Shown: one piece after another, positions 30,361 through 40,157 of the stretch
Layout: each line of letters starts with the position of its first letter
How positions within the stretch are numbered: the stretch's first letter is position 1
Source: a virus
Length of the DNA stretch: 64,000 nucleotides
Reading direction: 5' to 3' (one strand)
Virus record (IMG/VR): IMGVR_UViG_3300033153_006243
Location: 1-64,000 of that record
Translations under genes and position numbers: made by a program
Notes under the pieces: generated by a model
Told to the model about the DNA's origin: nothing
The model's database searches: none
Seen by the model: only the letters and a program-made list of their open reading frames with translations

Positions 30361-31055
30361 AGGTAGTCGTTATCGGAGCAGGGCCGAGCGCGACGGTCTA
30401 TCCTCATGCTAAAGAGATAGATTCGGCGGATAAGGTGGTCCGGGTGAACTACTACGAGATCAAGGGATACGAGGATCGTGTAGGAACCCGGACGGATATA
30501 TGGATCACGACCCGTCTTGATTCCCATAAAGGCTTTCGGGACAATATGAGGGATTTCTTAATAGATTGGGTTCCCGACGGGATCGATAAGATTGAGGCTA
30601 TATGGATATATCCGCGAAGGGGAAAGGAGAGATATGGGGATCAGCTTACTAGAATCCTGGCCCTTCGGCCCGATCTGGAGCCTGTCATAACGGAGCGCGG
30701 CTTTGTTACCTATACGAATAAGGAATGCGGGAACGAGGGGACGAGTATAGCGTCGGGGCGACCGTCCTCTGGGACAATGGCCGTGTTCCTCGCCTTTCAG
30801 CGGTTCGATCCGACGGAAATGCTGATTATGGGGTTTGACGCGGTGCTTACGGATAGCCCTGCCTATATGGACTATTATGGTTCGATTGGGAGGCCAATTT
30901 TTCAGAAGGAAAACCCCCGCAGTTCCGGCCATCACTATGATAGAGAGCGGGCGTTGATATTTAAGACCGCTAGGGAGTTCGATATGGACATGGATGCCGT
31001 GGAGCAGTATAGCGGGATTGTGCGTTTCCGAAAGGTAGGGATTCCGAATGAATGA
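30357..31055 (+). CDS. Glycosyltransferase, GT29/sialyltransferase-like
   Basis: VVIGAG...IDSADKVVRVN...VGTRTD, PSSG, GFD, YY, H.YDRE. Confidence 0.7.
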   Translation: MKVVVIGAGPSATVYPHAKEIDSADKVVRVNYYEIKGYEDRVGTRTDIWITTRLDSHKGFRDNMRDFLIDWVPDGIDKIEAIWIYPRRGKERYGDQLTRILALRPDLEPVITERGFVTYTNKECGNEGTSIASGRPSSGTMAVFLAFQRFDPTEMLIMGFDAVLTDSPAYMDYYGSIGRPIFQKENPRSSGHHYDRERALIFKTAREFDMDMDAVEQYSGIVRFRKVGIPNE

Positions 31056-31444
31056 TATTCTGCTATCCGAAAAGTATCTAGTAAGCAGCCATTGGTATAG
31101 AGCAATGGCCGATGAGCTACAAAGGATAAAGCGGGGCCTTGAGGAAAGCCGGAGGGGGCTTTTTACCCTTGGGAAGACCCCGGAATCGAACCCCGAAATG
31201 TTTGGTAGGATTGATAGGGTATCGGGGGCTTGCGACGTGGCTGTAGCCCATCTCCATCTTACGAAGTTGGGACTAGACTTTGAGGAGAGTATAGCGGGGA
31301 TAAGCGGTAGGGAGATTAAGGACATCAAGTGCCCTAAATGTGGGTTCGAGTGGGCGGAGAATCACCCGCGATTCTGTATGGTAGATATAACTTGTCCGTT
31401 CTGTGGAAAGGAGAAGGAGGCGGAACTATGGTAAGGAGGAATAG

Positions 31445-32848
31445 GTGAAAGTTCTCCTAATTGCCTATGACAATGGTTCCTTCATTCACCACTTCCCTTT
31501 GGGTTTGGGGTATATTGCATCGGCCCTGCGGGAGGCGGGGCATGATGTGGAGATATACAACCAGGATAAGAACCATTGGCCCGACCAGCACCTAGCAACC
31601 TATCTCTATCATAATCCAGTTGACGTGGTGGGTCTTGGAATCATCGCGGGCTATTATCAATACCAGAAGATACTGGCGATCTCAAAGGCCGTTATGGAGG
31701 CGAGAAGCGCGGGAGTAGAATTCCTTTACGTCCTTGGTGGGCACGGCCCCTCACCAGAGCCGGAGTTCTTCCTGAAGAAGACGGGCGCGGACGTAGTGGT
31801 ATTAGGCGAGGGCGAGAGAACCTTTGTTGAGCTTCTCGATGCGGAGAAGCAGGGGATAGGGAGGGAAGCCGTAAATGGCATCTATTTTCTGGCGGAGGAT
31901 GGGACGGGGGTAAAAACGGCAGCAAGGCCGCTTATCTCAAATATTGATGGGATTCCGTGGCCCGCGTGGGACCTATTCCCGATGGACTATTATTCCCTCA
32001 TACGGCTATCCCATACGGCGAATGAGGATAGGGTGGCGGCGGTAGTCTCCGCCCGCGGCTGCCCGTTCAAATGTAATTTCTGCTATCGGCTGGATAAGGG
32101 AATCCGGTTGCGGTCGCCTGAACCTATCGTTACGGAGATGCAGGAATTAAGGTCGAAATACGGAATGAACTACTTTGGCTTTCTTGATGAGCTTTTGATG
32201 TTTGGTGAACAAAGGACAATAGCGGTCTCGAATGCGATTGAGGAAGCTTTCTTCGGATCGGTTAAGTGGGCATGTAATGGGCGGCTGAATTACGCTACCC
32301 CGAAGGTACTTAAGGCAATGAAGGATTCGGGATGCGTGGAAATCAATTATGGCGTGGAGTGCTTCGACGACGAGGTTCTAAGGAGAATGAATAAGCAGCT
32401 TACTACGAGGCAGATTGAGGAGGGGACTAAGGCAACGCTTGATTCGGGCATAACTCCGACGCTTAACGTTATGTTCGGGAATCTCGGCGAGACTGAGGAA
32501 ACGCTATGGAAGACCGTCGAGTTCATGTTGAAGTATGATCCGCATGAGACCCTACGGACGATAAGGCCGCTGACCCCCTATCCCGGCTCCCCGCTTTACT
32601 ATCAGGCGATTGAGATGGGACTGCTCGAAGGGCCGGAGGACTTCTATGAGAACAAGCATACTAATTCCGATCTAATGAGCGTGAACTTTACCGACATACC
32701 CGATGATAGATTCTATGAGCTTCTCCTTCAGGCGAACGGAATGCTAATTGAGAAATACTACGAGCGCCAGAGAGAGCGGAACGAAGAGGTGCTTGATTCC
32801 CTATATCGAAAAAAGGATGCTAGCTTTAGGGGGTTCAGGCAGACATGA
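31445..32848 (+). CDS. B12-binding radical SAM enzyme (class B methyltransferase-like)
   Basis: PLGLGYIAS, GGHGPS, GEGE, RGCPFKCNFC, TPYPGS. Confidence 0.92.
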   Translation: MKVLLIAYDNGSFIHHFPLGLGYIASALREAGHDVEIYNQDKNHWPDQHLATYLYHNPVDVVGLGIIAGYYQYQKILAISKAVMEARSAGVEFLYVLGGHGPSPEPEFFLKKTGADVVVLGEGERTFVELLDAEKQGIGREAVNGIYFLAEDGTGVKTAARPLISNIDGIPWPAWDLFPMDYYSLIRLSHTANEDRVAAVVSARGCPFKCNFCYRLDKGIRLRSPEPIVTEMQELRSKYGMNYFGFLDELLMFGEQRTIAVSNAIEEAFFGSVKWACNGRLNYATPKVLKAMKDSGCVEINYGVECFDDEVLRRMNKQLTTRQIEEGTKATLDSGITPTLNVMFGNLGETEETLWKTVEFMLKYDPHETLRTIRPLTPYPGSPLYYQAIEMGLLEGPEDFYENKHTNSDLMSVNFTDIPDDRFYELLLQANGMLIEKYYERQRERNEEVLDSLYRKKDASFRGFRQT

Positions 32849-33292
32849 AAGTTGATGCGGGGTTACCGAGCTAAGGAGGATTCTTATGTGGCATGATTGG
32901 GAATGGTTTAAGGCTGTAATTTGGATGTGGTGTTTAAGGCTTTTGTTGTGGGGATGCATTGTAATCGGCGTTAGTTGTACCTTTGCATTAGTTGCCACGA
33001 TAGTTTACTGTATTAAACATTGGAACGATCCGGTTCCTAATTTGAGTGATCAGTTATTTACAGAGATGCTTAAGGACTACAATGATGGTTGGAGGCCGTC
33101 TACTGCTCAATTTGTACCTGGACTTTTCGGGGTACAAGTGAATCCGTGGTATAAGAAGTGTCTTTCCCCTTCTAAGTTAGTGAAGTGGTCAGAAGAGGTT
33201 CCATTTGATGAGGAACATAAGGAAGAATACCATGAGCGGGCAAACCTCGTTCTTGATACAATTTTAACATTAGCGAAGGACGCGATGCACCC

Positions 33293-34249
33293 ATGAAAGT
33301 CAACGTAGTAGGCAAGACAAACTTCCGCTGGCTTTTCCACGGGTTATCTACGGCCCTTGAGAAGAATATAGATGGGGTGAAGGCGACAAAATTCTATGAG
33401 AAGGGCTTCGATCTCTATCACTTCTTCAGGCCGCAGGATTTAATGCGGGAGAATTTCTCGTGGGACGTTCCTGCTGTAACCTCCTGTTTCGGGGTAGTCC
33501 CCGGTGAGACAGACTACGAGAGCTGTAAGAAGGCTTACGATTATTGCGAGAGGATAATCGTCCAGTCTACCCCGAACCGCCAGCATTTCCTCGACATAGG
33601 GATTGCCCCGGAGAAGATCGTAGTTATCCCTACGGGTTCCGATCCGAACCTATTTGACTTCCAGGAATGGAATATGACTCTTCCGTTTACCGTGGGGTTT
33701 GTAGGTAAGTGGTATTGGCATCTCGGAACCGTCGTGGATATTAAGGGGCTGCATCTACTACGGGATACCTTCTTGGAGCTTGACCGTAGAGGAGTATATG
33801 CCCGGCTGTTTTTCCTCGGCCTCGGTTGGGAGAAGACCGTGGATGAATTCCGCCAGTTGGGTATAGATGCCTTCAGCATGGAGCGGGACGTGGAGATGAA
33901 ATGGCCGGAGGACTACCCCCTTTTCTATAACTGGATGGACTGTGTGATTGTTACGTCAAAGATAGAGGGGGGACCTGCCTGCATCACCGAGGCCCTTTCC
34001 TGCGGACGGCCCGTAGTCGGGACGGATGTGGGGATGGTTCACGACTTAATTACGAATGGCATAAACGGATATATCTGCGACCGGAGTGCAGATGCTTTGG
34101 CGGGGGGAATCATAAAGATTCTACTTAAAAGGGAGTCCCTTGCGGCGGGGGGTTGGAGGGGGGTTAGGAATTCCGTTGAGGGGCTGACTTACGATAATTG
34201 GGTTTGGAGACATAGGGAACTTTATCAGGAGGTGCTGGATGGCTATTAG
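33293..34249 (+). CDS. Glycosyltransferase family 4
   Basis: SKIEGGPACITEALSCGRPVVGTDVG. Confidence 0.88.
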   Translation: MKVNVVGKTNFRWLFHGLSTALEKNIDGVKATKFYEKGFDLYHFFRPQDLMRENFSWDVPAVTSCFGVVPGETDYESCKKAYDYCERIIVQSTPNRQHFLDIGIAPEKIVVIPTGSDPNLFDFQEWNMTLPFTVGFVGKWYWHLGTVVDIKGLHLLRDTFLELDRRGVYARLFFLGLGWEKTVDEFRQLGIDAFSMERDVEMKWPEDYPLFYNWMDCVIVTSKIEGGPACITEALSCGRPVVGTDVGMVHDLITNGINGYICDRSADALAGGIIKILLKRESLAAGGWRGVRNSVEGLTYDNWVWRHRELYQEVLDGY

Positions 34250-34494
34250 GCCGATAGTGAATACGGGCTTGACTGAGCATAAACTAATGAGCGAGATTGA
34301 CAATTCAATTCGCGGGGGGTTTGTTCTCCTTGCGAAGATTCTTGCCGTTTGGGTTTGTAGTAATAATCCTAGTCCGGAGGCTACGGCAAAGACTATAGGG
34401 GAGAGCATTGAGGACTACGCATATCAAGAGCAGGGACCCCCGCCTGATCCTATGAACGTTCTGGCCAAAATGAAAGAAAGAAAGGGGTAGAAAG

Positions 34495-34752
34495 ATGCCT
34501 TGGACTGCTAGCGACGCGCCGAGTACGGTTAAGACCCCGGCAAAGCGTAAGAAGTGGGCGGAGATAGCGAACGCCGTAAGGGAGGAGTGTATTGCCGACG
34601 GCGGCGAAGAGAAGGAATGCGATGCCCAAGCAAAGATTGTAGCAAGCACTACGGTTAAGAAGAAGGCGGAAATGATTCTTCCTACCATGAAGATCGTGGA
34701 GATCGCAAGGATAGCCAGAAAAGGGGCAGTCGAGAATGCCGGAGACGAATAG
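34495..34752 (+). CDS. ChaB-like small protein
   Basis: MPWT..D.P...KRKKWAEIAN. Confidence 0.5.
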   Translation: MPWTASDAPSTVKTPAKRKKWAEIANAVREECIADGGEEKECDAQAKIVASTTVKKKAEMILPTMKIVEIARIARKGAVENAGDE

Positions 34753-35058
34753 AGCGCCTATGCCGTTTATCGCACCGAAGAGACAGAGGGAAAGAATTGA
34801 GCAGGCGAGAACGATGAGGATTAACCTTACCGTCGAGTCGAACGCCCATGAGATTCTTAAACGTATAGAGAACGAGATCGGCGGGCGGGTTGAACGAATC
34901 GAGATGGCGATTAAGGAGCTTACCGAGGCGATAGAGGACTTAGAGGGGCTTGAGGAGACATTCGAGATTGAGATGACCTTGCGGCCTAATGCAAAATGGA
35001 AGGAACCGAAAGAGAAGAAGCCCTCGTGGATTACGTGGGTATGGAGGCTGTTTGGGGT

Positions 35059-35130
35059 TCCAGGGCAGGCTAATCGGTAGGCCAACGGACTTTGAATCCG
35101 TCAGAGGAGGTTCGATTCCTCCCTCTGGAG
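35059..35130 (+). tRNA. tRNA-Gln(TTG)
   Basis: Cloverleaf; ACGGA-CTTTGAA-TCCGT; GGAGG-TTCGATT-CCTCC. Confidence 0.88.
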
Positions 35131-35135
35131 CAAAC

Positions 35136-35203
35136 GCGGGTGAAAGGGTTTTGGCTTGGGATTCCATCCCAGGTATACGCGGGTTCGACTCCCGCCGCCC
35201 GCT
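35136..35203 (+). tRNA. tRNA-Gly(TCC)-like with reduced D-arm
   Basis: GCGGGTG/CGCCCGC acceptor, intact T-arm, only 13 nt between acceptor and anticodon stems. Confidence 0.6.
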
Positions 35204-35217
35204 CTAAGGAGATAGCG

Positions 35218-36618
35218 ATGCTAAAGGCAGAAGAAGAAGTAATCAATCTCGCCGATTACTATAAGCCAAATAAGAGGCAATGGCTCGCCCACCAGAGTTC
35301 GGCCCTAGTCACCGGGGTCGGCGGCGCGAAGGGGGGCGGCAAGACCGTGTTCCTAGTTAGGGAGGGGCTTGAACTGAGTCTCGATGTTCCGGGGAATGTG
35401 GGGTTTATTTGCCGACATGAGGCATCCTCATTTATCAAGAATGTCCTTCCGGTGATGGAGAAGTTTATTCCAAGGAAACTGATTAGGGAGCACAATAGGG
35501 TCCAAAAATATATGATCATTAACACCGATATCCCCTCCCTTCCGAGCAGAATCTATTATGGGGGGTTGAGGCCAACTAGGGGGGTAAGCCCGCTTGATAG
35601 GATTAAGGGATTCGGCGGGGGGTTAGGTTGGTTCGCAATAGACGAAGCGAGCGAGACGGAGGAGCAGTTCTTCTTGATGCTATTGGGTGAGCTGAAGCTG
35701 AACCTTCTAGATAGGCACGGCAAACCTATGATACATAGGGCAATGATCTCGACGAATCCCGAACCCGGATGGGTATATCGGAGATTCATCAAGAATCTTC
35801 CGCCTGACCATAGTTTCATCCCGTTTCTTCCAAAGGATAATCCGTTTCTTCCGAAGGATTACGTTAAACGGCTAAGAGCCAACTATCCTCCTGATTGGGT
35901 ATTGAGGTACCTTGAGGGAATTTGGGCGGTAGAGTCCGATACTAATAGGGTCATTCCGTATCTGCTGCTTCAGAAGACCATAGATTTGCCGGAATCGGAG
36001 AACGGCCCTATACGGCTTGCCGTGGATGTCGCGAGATTCGGCGGGGATAGGTCGGTAATCGCCCGGAGTAGGGGGCCGAAGGTGAAGATACTATGGAGTA
36101 AATCCCATACGGACATGATGGTTGTTGCCGAGAAGGCCGTCCAGGAATACCGTAGGGAGGTTGCGTATCAACAGGCACAGCATAAGAAGAGGATAGAGGC
36201 CGGAAGGGATTCCGAACCTAATAAGGTCGATCTAATTATTGACGCCGTTGGTTTGGGGGCGGGCGTGGTTGATCGGGTGAGGGAGATGGACAATAGTATT
36301 CGGGTAACGGAGTATATCGGCGGAGCTTCCGCAATGGAACCGGATAGGTTCATTAACCTACGGGCGGAAACCTGGTGGAAGATGAGGAAGATGCTTGAGA
36401 ATGGTGAGGTATGCCTTCCCGACGAGGACGAGCTTCACGCCGAACTAACTGCACCGAAATACTCTATCCGTTCCGATCAGAAGATTGCGATAGAGTCTAA
36501 GGAGGATTTGAAGAAGCGGGGATTCCGGTCCCCGGATAAGGCCGATGCTGTAACGATGCTCTTTGGGGCGAAGGTGTTCCCAAAGTTGGATATTCTTATG
36601 TTAGGAGGTAGAAGATGA
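35218..36618 (+). CDS. terL: Terminase large subunit
   Basis: GGAKGGGKT, IDEASE, STNP, DNPFL, VDVARFGGD, SPDKADA. Confidence 0.95.
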   Translation: MLKAEEEVINLADYYKPNKRQWLAHQSSALVTGVGGAKGGGKTVFLVREGLELSLDVPGNVGFICRHEASSFIKNVLPVMEKFIPRKLIREHNRVQKYMIINTDIPSLPSRIYYGGLRPTRGVSPLDRIKGFGGGLGWFAIDEASETEEQFFLMLLGELKLNLLDRHGKPMIHRAMISTNPEPGWVYRRFIKNLPPDHSFIPFLPKDNPFLPKDYVKRLRANYPPDWVLRYLEGIWAVESDTNRVIPYLLLQKTIDLPESENGPIRLAVDVARFGGDRSVIARSRGPKVKILWSKSHTDMMVVAEKAVQEYRREVAYQQAQHKKRIEAGRDSEPNKVDLIIDAVGLGAGVVDRVREMDNSIRVTEYIGGASAMEPDRFINLRAETWWKMRKMLENGEVCLPDEDELHAELTAPKYSIRSDQKIAIESKEDLKKRGFRSPDKADAVTMLFGAKVFPKLDILMLGGRR

Positions 36619-37946
36619 GTTTCATTTCGAGAATCAAGAAGGCGGTGGGGGAGCTTGTCGGGAGAAGGTCTTCCCTTGGGGTTCCCTACATGCAGATCGG
36701 CGGGATGGGAATAGCATCCCCGAATAAGCCAAAGGAGTATCTCCAGTTATATGGAAGCATGGTCTGGGTCTATTCCTCAACCTTTGCGATATCGACGGGG
36801 GCGGCATCAGTTCCGATCAAGCTCTTCCAGATTAGCAAGGACAAGAAGGATCGTACTGAGATTCTAGATCACGATCTACTTACCCTTCTTAATAAGCCTA
36901 ACGCCCATACGACGTGGAGCGAACTAATTGAGGGGACGCTGGTATACCTCGAACTTACGGGAGATGCCTATTGGGAGATAGCAAAGCCTGCGGTAGGTAA
37001 TCCGGGGGGGCTCTACCTTCTGCGGCCCGATAGGGTAAGGGTTAATCCCTCGGAGGACGGTAAGGCGGTTGCTGGGTATACCTATACCGTAGATGAGGGA
37101 AGGAGTAGGAAGAAGATCGCAAACTTCCCGGTGGACGACATTATCCACTTCAAGTATTTTAACCCGCTTGACGACTGGCTTGGACAGGGAAGCGCAAAGG
37201 CGGCGACGGACACGATAATCCTTGAGCAATATGCTACCCGGTATAATCAGGCGTTCTTTAAGAACTTCGGCTCTCCTGCCGGTTTCCTGAAGACCAACCA
37301 GCCTATTGATGAAAATGAGGCGGAAAGGCTCGAACGGAAGTGGGCACAGATGCATTCCGATCCATCAGATTCATTCAAGACCCCGGTACTTCCGGGCGGT
37401 ATCGAGTATGAGGAGATAGGGCAGACCCCGCGGGGTGCGGAGCTTCTCGTTCAGCGGAAGGTCTGCCGCGAGGAGCAGCTTAGTTCCTTTGGCGTTCCTC
37501 CGGTAAAGGTAGGGTTGTTGGAGAATGCGAAGTACGCAAATTATACCCTTCAGGATAGGGCGTTCTTTAGGGATACTATGCGTCCGAGATTGCGGATGAT
37601 ACAGGCGATAATCAACGTCTACCTCGTCCCGCTATTCGGGGATAATCTACATTTCGAGTTCGATCTCTCAGAATATCTTGGCGAGGATAAGATACAGCAG
37701 ATATTAAGGATCGAAAAGAGCATTTCCCTTGGTGCGATGACCCCGAACGAGGCTAGGAGAGAGCTTGACCTCGGCGAGCCATACGAAGGCGGGGATCAGT
37801 TCTATATGAGCACGAAGCTCCAGGCAGTTTCCGAAACTACGGAGAGCACCCTTGAGGGGGCCGCGCAGAAACTCGGCTATACTTCTGTTGCCCATTGGAA
37901 GTCCAGCCTGAAGAAGACCATTGAGGAGGAAGCAAAGCAGGAATGA
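36615..37946 (+). CDS. Portal protein (HK97-like)
   Basis: GDAYW, LRPDRV, IIHFK, FGVPP, TPNEAR. Confidence 0.95.
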   Translation: MSFISRIKKAVGELVGRRSSLGVPYMQIGGMGIASPNKPKEYLQLYGSMVWVYSSTFAISTGAASVPIKLFQISKDKKDRTEILDHDLLTLLNKPNAHTTWSELIEGTLVYLELTGDAYWEIAKPAVGNPGGLYLLRPDRVRVNPSEDGKAVAGYTYTVDEGRSRKKIANFPVDDIIHFKYFNPLDDWLGQGSAKAATDTIILEQYATRYNQAFFKNFGSPAGFLKTNQPIDENEAERLERKWAQMHSDPSDSFKTPVLPGGIEYEEIGQTPRGAELLVQRKVCREEQLSSFGVPPVKVGLLENAKYANYTLQDRAFFRDTMRPRLRMIQAIINVYLVPLFGDNLHFEFDLSEYLGEDKIQQILRIEKSISLGAMTPNEARRELDLGEPYEGGDQFYMSTKLQAVSETTESTLEGAAQKLGYTSVAHWKSSLKKTIEEEAKQE

Positions 37947-38863
37947 AAGTTCCGTCGAAAGCGAAAAAGAAGCTATTCGCCCTGGACGTAATTCGGTTCC
38001 GTCTTAGTAGGGCGCGCATGATCCATCTTAGGACGAAACCCATGTTCCAGGCTTGGGATAAACAGTGGGTAAGCTATACCCGAAAGAGCGGAATTCTTAA
38101 TAAGGCCGAAAGGGAGGCTAAGAGAATTAGGGAGGTCCAGGGTCTAGTTAAGTCCGCAATTCCAATGGAAAAGGGGATGGCTATCGCCCTCGACGATTTC
38201 GGGGCGTGGCTGGATGATAGGGTACTTTTTCCATTCGATACCCCAAAGACTACTACCAAGAGAATCCATGATGGTCTTGTTAAGACGGCGGAGAAGTATG
38301 CCCCATTTCCAAAAAGGGGTTTGGGGCTTGCCGTTAGTTTGAGCCTCCAAGACCCGGCATACGCAGCGATTCTTGAGGGACGAGATAACCTGATAACCGT
38401 AGGGACGGCTAAAACCCGATTTGAGCAGATAAAGACTACGATTAGGGATGAGTTCATTCGGCATGGGAGGAATGCTGAGGAAGTACGGCGCGCCCTGCTT
38501 CCCGTTTTTAGGGATGCCTATAGGAACCAGGGATTATTGATAGCAAGAACCGAAGTTCACCATATTATTGGTAAGGCGAACTTCGAGACCTTTAAGGCGA
38601 ACGGATTCGAGTTCAAGTCTTGGTATTGCGCCGGGAATAAGCCTTGTGATGTTTGTCTAGGTAGATGGGCGGAGGGAACCATCCCTTTTGGAGATGCGTG
38701 GGGCGATGGGGCTATGGACGCGGGGGATTCCCACCCGAATTGTTTTTGCATGATAGTACCGGAAAACCAAGGGGCAACTCCCCTACATCCTGTGGCTTTT
38801 GAGGGAATAGAAGTCCCGGATGCCGCTCTTGAACGCGGATATTGGGAGAGGGTTGCTGTTTAA
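37943..38863 (+). CDS. Head morphogenesis protein (SPP1 gp7 / Mu gpF-like)
   Basis: IARTE, C..C, HPNCFC. Confidence 0.85.
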   Translation: MKVPSKAKKKLFALDVIRFRLSRARMIHLRTKPMFQAWDKQWVSYTRKSGILNKAEREAKRIREVQGLVKSAIPMEKGMAIALDDFGAWLDDRVLFPFDTPKTTTKRIHDGLVKTAEKYAPFPKRGLGLAVSLSLQDPAYAAILEGRDNLITVGTAKTRFEQIKTTIRDEFIRHGRNAEEVRRALLPVFRDAYRNQGLLIARTEVHHIIGKANFETFKANGFEFKSWYCAGNKPCDVCLGRWAEGTIPFGDAWGDGAMDAGDSHPNCFCMIVPENQGATPLHPVAFEGIEVPDAALERGYWERVAV

Positions 38864-38885
38864 TCAATAGAATAGGAGAAAGCGA

Positions 38886-39836
38886 ATGAGGATCGAGGAT
38901 CTCGATTCAGAACGGATTACTAAGCTGACCGACGGGCAGCTCTATTCCATGCGGCTGAGGTTCATACAGATTTGGGATCGCTGGTTTACAAAGGGGACTC
39001 TACGGCTTAATGCCGCAGGGGGCCTTGACAGGGGGGAACTCCTGTCAAAGTATCAGGAGCTTGCCTCTGAGATGGGAAGTAGGAACCTAAAATTCAAGAG
39101 GCACCATAGTATCGACCGGGCGGCGTCGAAGGCTAAGATGTTCTTAGGTATTGATGTTCCCTCTCTTCCGACAAAGATAATTTCTGAGGGGTTCGTCTCT
39201 CTGGGGAAGGGATTCGTCGAGGATCCGAAGGGTGCTAAGATAATCAAAGTCATCGTGAAGGGGGATAAGTCCGCCGCGCTTGAGAAGTACATTGCCAATA
39301 TCCTAGATGGAATGGGCAAGCCGTTGGAGTTCTCCTTTGGAGAGCCGGAGGAGACCCATGCAATGGTCTATGACCTTGCCTTGATCCCACGACCTGAAAT
39401 GGCGATAGTCAAGATTAAGGGGGGAACGGTTCCGGCTTCTTCCCAGAAGGTTAAGAAGGCCGAAGCTAATTTTGGGTTTGAGATTATGAAGGTAGATGAG
39501 GATAAGCATCTTATTGGTGGGGTAATCTACGCTCCTGATGAGGTTGATTCACAGGGGGATTACACCGATGCTGAAGAAATCTATAAGGCTATGGAATACT
39601 TCATGATCAATAGCCAGAAGATCAAGGTAATGCATAAGGGCAGGCAGATTCGGGCGGCAGTAATTGAAACCTATCAGGTTCCTATAGATTTGGATCTCTA
39701 TGGTAGGGAGATTAAGAAGGGAACTTGGTGGATGACCGTAAAAGTTCTTGCCGAACCGGATGTATGGAATGATGTTAAATCAGGGAGATTCGGGGGATTC
39801 TCGATGGGTGGTAGGGCTATGGTAGCTGAAGAATAG
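38886..39836 (+). CDS. XkdF-like prohead serine protease
   Basis: VDSQGD, MH, KGTWW, GFSMGG. Confidence 0.85.
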   Translation: MRIEDLDSERITKLTDGQLYSMRLRFIQIWDRWFTKGTLRLNAAGGLDRGELLSKYQELASEMGSRNLKFKRHHSIDRAASKAKMFLGIDVPSLPTKIISEGFVSLGKGFVEDPKGAKIIKVIVKGDKSAALEKYIANILDGMGKPLEFSFGEPEETHAMVYDLALIPRPEMAIVKIKGGTVPASSQKVKKAEANFGFEIMKVDEDKHLIGGVIYAPDEVDSQGDYTDAEEIYKAMEYFMINSQKIKVMHKGRQIRAAVIETYQVPIDLDLYGREIKKGTWWMTVKVLAEPDVWNDVKSGRFGGFSMGGRAMVAEE

Positions 39837-39846
39837 AATATTTGAT

Positions 39847-39875
39847 TTGACTTTTTACATGATTTCTGTTATAAT
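39847..39875 (+). promoter_or_regulatory. sigma70 promoter upstream of omegaRNA copy B and the capsid genes
   Basis: TTGACT-17 bp-TATAAT. Confidence 0.85.
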
Positions 39876-39890
39876 ATAGGCGCAAGAGAA

Positions 39891-40026
39891 TACCGGCGGG
39901 TCGCCGGGATTTTAAGCCTATGGAGATGGAGAGAAAATCTCCTCTGTGAAGTAGGAACCTTAGCGCAAGGGGGAAGGGAGGTTAGTAGAAAGTTAATCTC
40001 TTTCCCACGCGCGCGAGGAGACCAGG
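39891..40026 (+). ncRNA. Stand-alone omegaRNA-like scaffold, putative guide and one CRISPR-like repeat (copy B)
   Basis: Homologous to 17660-17796, with an identical 30-nt post-scaffold segment. Confidence 0.75.
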
Positions 40027-40090
40027 AAAGGAATAGGCCAGGCTCGTATAGCAGGCCGTTCGCAGCGTTGGGAATCTACTCGTATAGTAG

Positions 40091-40130
40091 ACCCGCAGCA
40101 CTGGAAACAAATCGGTGCTGCGGGTTTTTT
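40091..40130 (+). terminator. Intrinsic terminator
   Basis: ACCCGCAGCAC/GTGCTGCGGGT stem followed by a T-tract. Confidence 0.8.
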
Positions 40131-40157
40131 GTTGCCCTCGAAAGGAGGGAACCTATA

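Noticed and set aside
35092-35217. ORF-track 5' extensions of terL, HNH 9785, scaffold 40068 and glutaredoxin 61910
   Set aside because: They overlap tRNAs, promoters or terminators; downstream starts fit better.
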